A DNA stretch of 64,000 bases, taken from NCBI GenBank assembly GCA_015062495.1, contig SUUN01000001.1, positions 97,069 through 161,068 on the forward strand, written 5' to 3'. Under the pieces are notes generated by a model. That model was not told the origin of the DNA and ran no database searches. It saw nothing but the letters and a program-made list of their open reading frames with translations. Shown one piece after another: positions 56,456-64,000 of this stretch (the first letter of the stretch is position 1; each line of letters begins with the position of its first letter). Source of the DNA: Alphaproteobacteria bacterium. GTDB taxonomy: Bacteria; Pseudomonadota; Alphaproteobacteria; Rs-D84. The position numbers were made by a program, and so were the translations under genes.

Positions 56456-56516
56456 AAACCCGCCAATTGGCGGGTTTTTTTAGTGTCTGAAAAATCCCCC
56501 AATTGGGGGATTTTAA
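56456..56516. terminator. Pair of rho-independent terminators between convergent rplS and dnaK
   Basis: AACCCGCCAATTGGCGGGTTTTTTT and AAAATCCCCCAATTGGGGGATTTT. Confidence 0.75.
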
Positions 56517-58418
56517 TTATTTCTTTTCAGAAAAGTCCGCGTCGACGGTGCCGTCGTCGTTTTTCTTTTCTGTGTCGGCGGATGCGCCCTGCTCGGCCTG
56601 TTGGGCTTTGTAGACCGCTTCGCCCAGTTTCATGGCGCGTTCGGTTAACGCTTCGGTTTTTGATTTCAAACTGTCAACCGTTGCGTCAGCCTTGGCCAAT
56701 TCGTCGGCTAATTCTTTTTTCGCATCTTCGATTGCTTTTTTATCATCTTCGCTGATTTTATCACCGTGTTCTTTCAGTGATTTTTCAATGCTAAAGATAG
56801 CGGTTTCGGCGGTATTCTTGGCCTCGGCCAGTTCGCGTTTTGCCTTGTCCGCTTCGGCGTTGGCAGCGGCTTCGTCAACCATGCGTTTGATTTCGTCTTC
56901 GGACAGACCGCCGTCGGATTTGATTGAAATCGCCTGTTCTTTGCCGGTGCCTTTGTCCTTGGCCGATACGTGTACGATGCCGTTTGCGTCGATATCAAAT
57001 GACACTTCGATTTGTGGCATACCACGTGGGGCCGGTGCGATACCTTCTAGATTAAATTGGCCCAGTAATTTGTTGTCCGCCGCCATGTCGCGTTCGCCCT
57101 GGAATACACGGATGGTTACGGCCGACTGGTTGTCTTCGGCGGTGCTGAATACCTGGGATTTCTTGGTTGGGATTGTTGTGTTGCGGTCAATCAGACGTGT
57201 GAACACGCCACCCAATGTTTCAATGCCCAATGATAATGGCGTTACGTCCAGCAACAGAACGTCTTTGACATCGCCCTTTAATACGCCACCCTGGATGGCT
57301 GCGCCCATACCGACAACTTCGTCTGGGTTCACGCCCTTGTGTGGTTCGCGACCAAAGAATTCTTTGACCGTTTCGGCAACCTTGGGCATGCGGGTTTGAC
57401 CACCGACCAAGATAACTTCGTTAATCTGTGATTTTTCCAGACCTGCGTCCTTTAATGCCTTTTTGCAAGGTTCAATTGTGCGTTCAATCAAGTCCGCAAC
57501 CAACGATTCCAATTTCGCACGTGTCAGGGTTGTGTTAAAGTGCTTTGGCCCCGTCGCGTCCGCCGTCAAGAACGGCAGGTTGATGTCTGTGGATGTTTTA
57601 GACGACAATTCGATTTTTGCCTTTTCAGCGGCTTCTTTTAAACGTTGCAATGCCAGTTTGTCGCCCGACAGGTCAATGCCAGTCTGGGATTTAAATTCAG
57701 CAATCAAGTGTTCCAAAATACGCGCGTCAAAGTCTGAGCCACCCAGGGTCGTGTCGCCGTTGGTTGATTTTACTTCGAATACGCCATCGATAATTTCCAA
57801 AATAGATACGTCAAATGTACCACCACCCAGGTCATATACTGCGATGATGCCATCTTTGCCTTTGTCCAGGCCGTATGCCAATGCCGCGGCCGTTGGTTCG
57901 TTAACAATACGCAATACGTTCAGACCCGCAATGCGACCGGCGTCTTTGGTTGCCTGGCGCTGGGAATCGTTAAAGTATGCAGGAACGGTAATAACCGCGT
58001 CGGTGACCGGTTCACCCAGATAGGATTCGGCGTCTTTTTTCAATTTTGCCAAAATCATTGCAGAAATCTGGGATGGGGCATATTTCTTGCCGTCCATTTC
58101 AACCCATGCGTCGCCATTGTCGCCCGCAACGATTTTATATGGAACGCGTGCCGCAATTTCACGGACAGCTGGGCTGTCAAAGCGCAGACCCATTAAACGT
58201 TTGATTTCATAGATTGTGTTTTCGGGGTTGGTGACCGCCTGATTCTTGGCTGTGATGCCGACCAACTGTTCCCCGTTTGATGTCAATGCAACAACGGATG
58301 GGGTTGTGCGCTGACCTTCGGAATTTTCAATGATTTTTGGGTCAGAACCGTCCATGAACGCCATGGCCGAATTTGTTGTACCCAAGTCAATACCAATTAC
58401 TTTTCCCATGTTTTTCAC
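56517..58418 (-). CDS. dnaK: Molecular chaperone DnaK (Hsp70)
   Basis: [17 protein letters not shown], substrate-binding and lid domains, EEVD-less C-terminus typical of bacteria; 633 aa. Confidence 0.97.
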   Translation of the reverse strand: MKNMGKVIGIDLGTTNSAMAFMDGSDPKIIENSEGQRTTPSVVALTSNGEQLVGITAKNQAVTNPENTIYEIKRLMGLRFDSPAVREIAARVPYKIVAGDNGDAWVEMDGKKYAPSQISAMILAKLKKDAESYLGEPVTDAVITVPAYFNDSQRQATKDAGRIAGLNVLRIVNEPTAAALAYGLDKGKDGIIAVYDLGGGTFDVSILEIIDGVFEVKSTNGDTTLGGSDFDARILEHLIAEFKSQTGIDLSGDKLALQRLKEAAEKAKIELSSKTSTDINLPFLTADATGPKHFNTTLTRAKLESLVADLIERTIEPCKKALKDAGLEKSQINEVILVGGQTRMPKVAETVKEFFGREPHKGVNPDEVVGMGAAIQGGVLKGDVKDVLLLDVTPLSLGIETLGGVFTRLIDRNTTIPTKKSQVFSTAEDNQSAVTIRVFQGERDMAADNKLLGQFNLEGIAPAPRGMPQIEVSFDIDANGIVHVSAKDKGTGKEQAISIKSDGGLSEDEIKRMVDEAAANAEADKAKRELAEAKNTAETAIFSIEKSLKEHGDKISEDDKKAIEDAKKELADELAKADATVDSLKSKTEALTERAMKLGEAVYKAQQAEQGASADTEKKNDDGTVDADFSEKK

Positions 58419-58765
58419 TCCTGTTAAAAAATTTGCTTACCCACCATATAGTTATGCAAAATTTGATTTCAAGTGGCAATAGACAGTTTTTCTTAAAATA
58501 AAACATAATGTTGTATTTTTAGGATTTTGTGGTATAATTGGTGTGAACTCAATGGGATTGGGTTCGGGGTTGTAGAAAGCCCTTATCGTGTACGGGCGAC
58601 ATTCAGTGTCGCTCAATTTTGCCCCCGACATGTGGTCGGGGTGTCGTTGGCTATACAACAGGCATTCGCCAAAGGCCAGCGAAATCATCACACGATATGA
58701 TTTTCTAACACCCCGATCGTCAATTTCATTTGACGATTATTTTTTATGCAAGAAAGGGGTAAGAA

Positions 58766-59689
58766 ATGTCAGATGCAGAATTGGATGCGTTAAATGCTGC
58801 TATTGCTGGAATAGCAGAAAGAATGGCTGATGGGACCGTTGGAAAAACAGTAACGAAAGATAAAGAAGGAAATATTATAACCATCATGGAAGAGAGTATG
58901 GGTCGCCGTATTATTACCCAGTATGATAAAGAAGGGCGTATAACAGTTTCGCAAATCTTGAAGGATAATGATGTTGTGAATTTCAAGGACGGATATATTT
59001 CCAGTATTATAAAGTATGAAGAAGATAGTTATAGTTTTGCCTATGGGGCGTTGGGAATGAATGAAATTCAGTATGGTGAAAATGGGCGTATGTTATCGTC
59101 TGTACACAAGGTAAGAATACGAGATAAATCTAGTTTTCGAAACGAGCCTGGTAGTGGCAAGTGGATGACGACGGACAAGACGACATACTATGACAATGGT
59201 CATATTGCGATACATACCACGTATAAACAAAGAACACAGAATACGGGACGTGGTAATGCGGACTCTTGGGACAATAGCATTCATGGTACAGACAGGGACG
59301 AAACAGATGTGGCAGAATCTTTTGTGTCATCAATTGAACAAATGGACGAAAGTGGCAAGTTGTTGCTGTCGGTGCAATTGCATGAATTTGACGAAGTTAA
59401 CTATCACCCCACAGGGCGCGTTGCGTCAATTCTGCGCAAGGATAAAGACAATAATCCAAAAACCATGACGTCGTATGATGATGTAGGACGAATTTTGAAT
59501 CAAATGGTTTATCAAGACGGCAAAGTGATTTCGTCGGTAGACTATGTGGATGGCAAGCCTGTGTCCAATGTCCAGCAAGGTAATGAAGAATATCAAAATA
59601 TTTTTGACCGGGCGGGAGAACGCGTTAAGAAACATGCCAAGGATAAAAAGGCGGTTGTGAGCCCTGCCCCGATTAAAGAACATGAATAA
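58766..59689 (+). CDS. Repeat-containing hypothetical protein (YD/MORN/YwqK-like G-rich beta-hairpin repeats)
   Basis: Recurrent Y..D.EGR / Y.NG...... / YDDVGR motifs; 307 aa. Confidence 0.45.
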   Translation: MSDAELDALNAAIAGIAERMADGTVGKTVTKDKEGNIITIMEESMGRRIITQYDKEGRITVSQILKDNDVVNFKDGYISSIIKYEEDSYSFAYGALGMNEIQYGENGRMLSSVHKVRIRDKSSFRNEPGSGKWMTTDKTTYYDNGHIAIHTTYKQRTQNTGRGNADSWDNSIHGTDRDETDVAESFVSSIEQMDESGKLLLSVQLHEFDEVNYHPTGRVASILRKDKDNNPKTMTSYDDVGRILNQMVYQDGKVISSVDYVDGKPVSNVQQGNEEYQNIFDRAGERVKKHAKDKKAVVSPAPIKEHE

Positions 59690-59708
59690 CTAATAAAAGG
59701 AGAGTTTT

Positions 59709-60368
59709 ATGGCAAAAATGACAGTAAATGAAGCTGCACAAATACTGGGGATTCCATTAAATGCAACCCGGGCCCAGTTAAAAAAAGCATATCGCGCGCT
59801 ATGCATGAAATATCATCCGGACAAAAATCCAGGTGATAAACATGCCGAAGAAATGTTCAAAAAAGTTGCTGAGGCTAATGAGGTGTTTCTAAAACATCTG
59901 GAACGTGGTGGAAACAGCAATCAAGGCAATGGTCAAAATCGTGGCGGGCAATCCAGCAATACTGGCACACGTCCAGGGGCGGATGGTGGAGCGCGTCCCG
60001 GGAATAATAATGGCGGTGGCGCGGGGCGTACGGGTTCGACCGGTACGGGGGCAAATGTAAATATAGATTCGATTTTGAAAACATTTTGGCAAAAGTATCA
60101 ACAGGCCAAGCGTGACCATGAAAACTTTATAAATGGTGAATTGGCCACGACGCGTCAAAAGGTAAAGGATACAGAAGCCAAGTTAGTACAGGCAGATAAC
60201 CTGGACAAGAAATTGGGCTATGTGCAAACGTTGCAACGTTTGCTGATGCAGGAAAAAATGCAGGTGGCGCGAGCTGTGATGCTGGCCAAAATGGCGAATA
60301 TGTATCTGAAACAGTATGAAGATGCCACCGCCAGATTTAATCGTAAAAATCAACAAGGGGGCAGATGA
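59709..60368 (+). CDS. J-domain (DnaJ-like) protein
   Basis: N-terminal J domain [20 protein letters not shown]; Gly-rich linker; C-terminal coiled coil. Confidence 0.8.
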   Translation: MAKMTVNEAAQILGIPLNATRAQLKKAYRALCMKYHPDKNPGDKHAEEMFKKVAEANEVFLKHLERGGNSNQGNGQNRGGQSSNTGTRPGADGGARPGNNNGGGAGRTGSTGTGANVNIDSILKTFWQKYQQAKRDHENFINGELATTRQKVKDTEAKLVQADNLDKKLGYVQTLQRLLMQEKMQVARAVMLAKMANMYLKQYEDATARFNRKNQQGGR

Positions 60369-61720
60369 TGACTAGTTTTATAACATGGCGAGCTGGTGAT
60401 GTAGAGAAGGCGATTTTTAATTTGTTAAAGCAAATGTTGCCAAATACAAAACTGCAAGATTTCGAAAAAAAACCAAATAGTGAGATTAGAGAGATAAAAC
60501 CACCACGTGATGGGATTGCGTATGTGGGTGAATATCTAATGGAAATGGCTATGACGGCTATACCTGGTATGGTCCGTTCGTTCGACAAGATAAAAATTGA
60601 ACAATATTGGAACAAGGACGGGAATTGTATTGGTTTTATGTTTCAAGGCAAAAAATATATGTTCGATAAGGAAAAATTGCCAGAGCGCGACCGGGAATTA
60701 GGGGGACAGATGACGGTGAATGATTCATGGGCAGAAAGAGTCGTGTCTTACTTAACAGGATTTTTGCCGAAACGAAAACTGGAAACATTTAGAAAAAATT
60801 ATTCAAAAGAGGACGTAATAGAGCATAATCCGCCTTTTAATGGTATTGCATATTCCTGTGCATACAGATGTCATACCATGGTGACCAAGCCAATACCCAA
60901 TAGGCGGGGCGAAGCGAAAAGCAGTTATGCAGATATTGTGCAGTATTGGGACAAGGACGGGAATTGCATTGGTTTTATGTTTCAAGGCCAAAAATATATG
61001 TTCGATAAAGAAAAATTGCCAGAACAAGGACAAGAAAAAAACACCCAAAGTCAAGATAACAAAGTGAACGTGTCGTTGGACAGTGATTTAGTTCGGGCGA
61101 TGACAAGGGCTGTGGGTGAAAATAATAATATGGAAATATATGGCACAGAAGTCTTGGCGATAGAGCCGGCAATTGATGGTGTCGCCTTTGCACAAAAGGC
61201 GCGAGGGGTTGCGGCTTTGGCACGACAAGGTTCGAGCGTAGTGGAAAAATCTGTTTGGTTTGATGCAGTACGTTTGTATGATGCCAAAGGTGCTTTTTTG
61301 GGGATGCAAGTCACGGATGACAAGCTTTTTAATGAGTATGATGTTTCTAATTCGGGCTTGGTCAAAGCAGATGCCAAGACAATGGAAATGATTAAAAATG
61401 CAAATAAAAAACTGGAAGCGGTTCGGGATGCAAATGGTAGTATAATCGGACTTGATTTAACTGCGTTATCTAAAAAGCAACAATTTGAACGAGGACAGGT
61501 ATTATTAACGACCACAAAAATTCCTGAAAACAGCGATATGGCAAGATTTGTTGCAGAACATCCTGGGGTAAAGGTGACTCACAGAGTCACCACGGCGGGC
61601 AAGTTAGTGTATAGTGTTGTGTATAAGTGGCCGATTGGGGGTGAAATTGTTGATTTTGACCAGGATGGCAAAGAAATCCGACGCATCGGTATCAAATCTA
61701 TGGAAAATCAGCGCGATTAA
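60365..61720 (+). CDS. Hypothetical protein with internal ~120-aa duplication
   Basis: [28 protein letters not shown] and [28 protein letters not shown] repeated modules; ATGA overlap with the J-protein gene. Confidence 0.5.
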   Translation: MMTSFITWRAGDVEKAIFNLLKQMLPNTKLQDFEKKPNSEIREIKPPRDGIAYVGEYLMEMAMTAIPGMVRSFDKIKIEQYWNKDGNCIGFMFQGKKYMFDKEKLPERDRELGGQMTVNDSWAERVVSYLTGFLPKRKLETFRKNYSKEDVIEHNPPFNGIAYSCAYRCHTMVTKPIPNRRGEAKSSYADIVQYWDKDGNCIGFMFQGQKYMFDKEKLPEQGQEKNTQSQDNKVNVSLDSDLVRAMTRAVGENNNMEIYGTEVLAIEPAIDGVAFAQKARGVAALARQGSSVVEKSVWFDAVRLYDAKGAFLGMQVTDDKLFNEYDVSNSGLVKADAKTMEMIKNANKKLEAVRDANGSIIGLDLTALSKKQQFERGQVLLTTTKIPENSDMARFVAEHPGVKVTHRVTTAGKLVYSVVYKWPIGGEIVDFDQDGKEIRRIGIKSMENQRD

Positions 61721-61745
61721 AAATCCCCCAACCGGGGGATTTTTA
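61719..61745. terminator. Bidirectional terminator
   Basis: AAAAATCCCCCAACCGGGGGATTTTT. Confidence 0.75.
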
Positions 61746-63449
61746 CATTTCTGATGGGATTTTTAGACCCATTAAATCAATCGTTTTTGCCAATGTGTCG
61801 CGCGCAATTGTCGCAATATGCAATCGGCCCGCCCGAACATCGGCCGGCACGTCGTCACGCAGAATTGGACAGTTGTGATAGAATGTATTTATCAACTGGC
61901 ACAAATCATAGGCATAGTTTGCAATCATATCTGTGGCGCGATTGTCAAATGCACTGTGAACCGTGCGTTCGAAATCCAGGATTCCAATCAATAGATTGCG
62001 TTCATCCGAATTCATCGGCATATATGTCGCAGATGGTGCGTCGGTTGCGCGTTTCAATACGCTGTTCAAACGGACGGCGGTGTACAGGATGTATGGACCG
62101 GTGCGCCCTTCGAAACTGGTGACGGATGCGGGGTCAAAGATATAGTCAGACCGTACATCGTGCATCAGGTCGTTAAATTTAACCGCAGACAGCGCAATTG
62201 CAGCAATTGTGTCGTTGTCCAGTGTTTTGCCGGATTCGGCCACACGTGCGTTGACGGCTTCGTTTACGGCGTCGATAATATCGTCCAGACCGGCGGCGTT
62301 GCCGTCACGGGTCTTGAACGGTTTGCCGTCGCGGCCGTTTATTGTGCCGTATCCGATATGCTCGAATTTGTTATAATCGAATATACCGGAAATTTGGGAT
62401 GCGCGGAATAACTGTTCAAAGTGCAGACCCTGGCGCAAATCGGTGAAATATATGATACGGTCGGGGGCGTCTGTTATTTTACGACAATAAACGGCGGCTA
62501 GATCGGTTGAATCATATGTGTCCGCGCCGCGGGAATCAGTCCACATGTATGGTGGCATTGGTTTATTGTCGTCGTCGCGTTTAACAACGATAACCTGGGC
62601 GCCGTCGCTTTCGGTTATTAAATCTTTGGCGCGCAGGATTTTTTCAACGTCGTCCAAGTATTTCGCCGCGTTGCGTTCGCCCAAATCATAGTCAAATGGC
62701 AAGATGTTCAAGCGTTTGACCGTGTCGTTCATCATGTCCAATGATATTTTCAGGAATTTTTCATACAACGCAAAATAGCCCGCATGTCCGTCCTGGAATT
62801 TAGCCTTGATATCCTGGGCGTGCGATTGAAATTCTGGATTTTCTTTGGCGTACGCACTGGCTGCGGGATAGTAGGTGTTTAATTCAGACGGATTGATTTC
62901 AAAGTCAACCGATGTGTTTGGGTCGAAGTCGTCACGGAAATATGGTAATTCTGGGTGCAGGCGTTCAATCCACGCAATTACCAATGCCATTGGTTTGCCC
63001 CAGTCGCCGATATGATTCCACGAATATGTTTTATGTCCCAACATGCGCGCAATACGGTTGAATGTGTCGCCAACAATTGATGTGCGCAAATGTCCAATGT
63101 GTAACGATTTCGCAACATTATATGCACCATAATCCAGGTCGATTGTCATTGGTGTGTCTGTGCGTGGGGATTGCGGTTGGGCGGCAGAATCCCAAATGAA
63201 TTCGTCGCGCAACTTAATATTAATAAAACCAGGGCCGGCGATTGATGCATCGGCAACAAAATCTAATTCGGTCAGTTTTGGCAAGATTTCCGCCGCCAAT
63301 TCACGTGGATTTTTGCCAGCGGAACGCGCCATAACCATGGCGGCGTTGGTGGAAAAGTCACCAAATTCGCGGTTGCGGGGAACTTCTAGATTTACAGTTG
63401 TGCCCAGTTTTTCATTAATTGCATTTGATACATATTTATACAAATTCAT
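61743..63449 (-). CDS. argS: Arginyl-tRNA synthetase
   Basis: Class I HIGH region (SLHIGHLR), KMSK-like motif, DALR anticodon-binding C-terminus; 568 aa. Confidence 0.95.
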   Translation of the reverse strand: MNLYKYVSNAINEKLGTTVNLEVPRNREFGDFSTNAAMVMARSAGKNPRELAAEILPKLTELDFVADASIAGPGFINIKLRDEFIWDSAAQPQSPRTDTPMTIDLDYGAYNVAKSLHIGHLRTSIVGDTFNRIARMLGHKTYSWNHIGDWGKPMALVIAWIERLHPELPYFRDDFDPNTSVDFEINPSELNTYYPAASAYAKENPEFQSHAQDIKAKFQDGHAGYFALYEKFLKISLDMMNDTVKRLNILPFDYDLGERNAAKYLDDVEKILRAKDLITESDGAQVIVVKRDDDNKPMPPYMWTDSRGADTYDSTDLAAVYCRKITDAPDRIIYFTDLRQGLHFEQLFRASQISGIFDYNKFEHIGYGTINGRDGKPFKTRDGNAAGLDDIIDAVNEAVNARVAESGKTLDNDTIAAIALSAVKFNDLMHDVRSDYIFDPASVTSFEGRTGPYILYTAVRLNSVLKRATDAPSATYMPMNSDERNLLIGILDFERTVHSAFDNRATDMIANYAYDLCQLINTFYHNCPILRDDVPADVRAGRLHIATIARDTLAKTIDLMGLKIPSEM

Positions 63450-63473
63450 TTTCTGATACCCTTCGTAGTTTTC

Positions 63474-64000
63474 TTAGATTGGTAATACAATTCTGACGCG
63501 CAGACCGCCCAGTTCGCTGTTTTCCAGGAACATTTGTCCGCCGTGGTTTTCAATTGCAGTTTGCGCAATGGACAGTCCCAGGCCCGTGCCACCGGTGTCT
63601 GTGCCGCGCGCATCGTCCAGGCGCACAAATGGGCGCATGGCGTCGCGTTTGCGGTCGTCTGGGATGCCTGGGCCGTCGTCTTCGATAATGACTTCGACAG
63701 TGTCAGCGGTGTCGTGTTCTGTGATTTTTATTTGTTTATTAGCATAGCGTGCCGCGTTTTCGATGATGTTGCTGAATGCGCGTGCCAATGCCATTGGGCG
63801 TGCATAGAATTGGATCGGTGCGTCCGGGAAATCGGTGACGATTTTTTTGTCCGGGGCGGCGTCACGTGCAATTCGGGTCAGCATTGGTGGCAATTCAGTG
63901 GCCTGTTCGATTTCAGGTGCTTCGCCACGGGCGAATGCCAGGTATCCGTTCACCATTTCCGTCATACGGTCAATGTCGCGGATTAAATCGTCGCTGGTCG
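63474..64000 (-). CDS. Sensor histidine kinase, C-terminal HATPase_c portion (N-terminus beyond window end)
   Basis: N-box, G1 (DDGPGIP), G2 (GTGLGLSIA) motifs; frame open to the window end. Confidence 0.7.
   Translation of the reverse strand, partial: TSDDLIRDIDRMTEMVNGYLAFARGEAPEIEQATELPPMLTRIARDAAPDKKIVTDFPDAPIQFYARPMALARAFSNIIENAARYANKQIKITEHDTADTVEVIIEDDGPGIPDDRKRDAMRPFVRLDDARGTDTGGTGLGLSIAQTAIENHGGQMFLENSELGGLRVRIVLPI

Noticed and set aside
56632-57399. Long antisense ORFs within dnaK, leuS, uvrA and the secreted-protein operon (e.g. 56632..57399, 34659..35417, 36790..37269, 40096..40974)
   Set aside because: Ala/Ser/Thr-rich translations typical of antisense frames of GC-biased codons inside strongly supported genes.

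Overview
Calls below come from reading the sequence and the ORF track only; no searches were run.

This 64 kb window looks like an AT-moderate alphaproteobacterial chromosome. Supporting that: GcrA, a FtsB / Dus / RodZ-like cluster, and an rpsP-rimM-trmD-rplS operon divergent from dnaK.

Housekeeping genes recognised: uvrA, rlmE, rnhA, tkt, hisS, prfA, aroK, mscL, tlyA, leuS, tsaD, xseA, pfk, argS, tRNA-Arg(TCT), tRNA-Pro(TGG) and tRNA-Gly(CCC).

Between these are accessory segments. The main observations:

1. Leader RNA. A roughly 250-nt 5' leader is present three times (about 2709-2975, 10863-11142, 21274-21551). Each sits behind a clean sigma70 promoter. Each contains two intrinsic terminators, a conserved hairpin (CTCCTGA...TCAGGAG) and mutually exclusive SD / anti-SD pairings. 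Each copy precedes a gene for a small Cys-rich secreted protein. Stems are maintained by compensatory changes, so this looks like an undescribed riboswitch or attenuator family controlling a paralogous secreted-protein family.

2. Modification operon (minus strand, 26274-30235). It encodes a 298-aa Cys-rich secreted paralog, a GT2-like / radical-SAM-SPASM fusion enzyme, a GT8 glycosyltransferase and a DUF1796 protein. This is a candidate glycosylation and radical-SAM modification system.

3. Secreted-protein operon (33352-38978, minus strand). An A24 prepilin-peptidase gene precedes four translationally coupled secreted-protein genes, the last carrying a GH108 muramidase-like domain.

4. Islet at tRNA-Arg (435-2121). 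A 1.6 kb insert is flanked by exact 39-bp direct repeats and encodes a membrane-anchored Mrr-cat nuclease-domain protein.

5. tRNA-Gly repeats. The 3' end of tRNA-Gly is repeated three more times in a 115-bp tandem array. This sits upstream of rpsP, where ffh normally lies. A standalone, degenerate Ffh M-domain ORF is found elsewhere, directly after uvrA.

6. Possible defence pair. An orphan AbiEii-family nucleotidyltransferase gene is followed by a metallophosphoesterase gene.

7. MscL carries a C-terminal Cys4 extension.

8. Several repeated intergenic motifs are listed in the findings.
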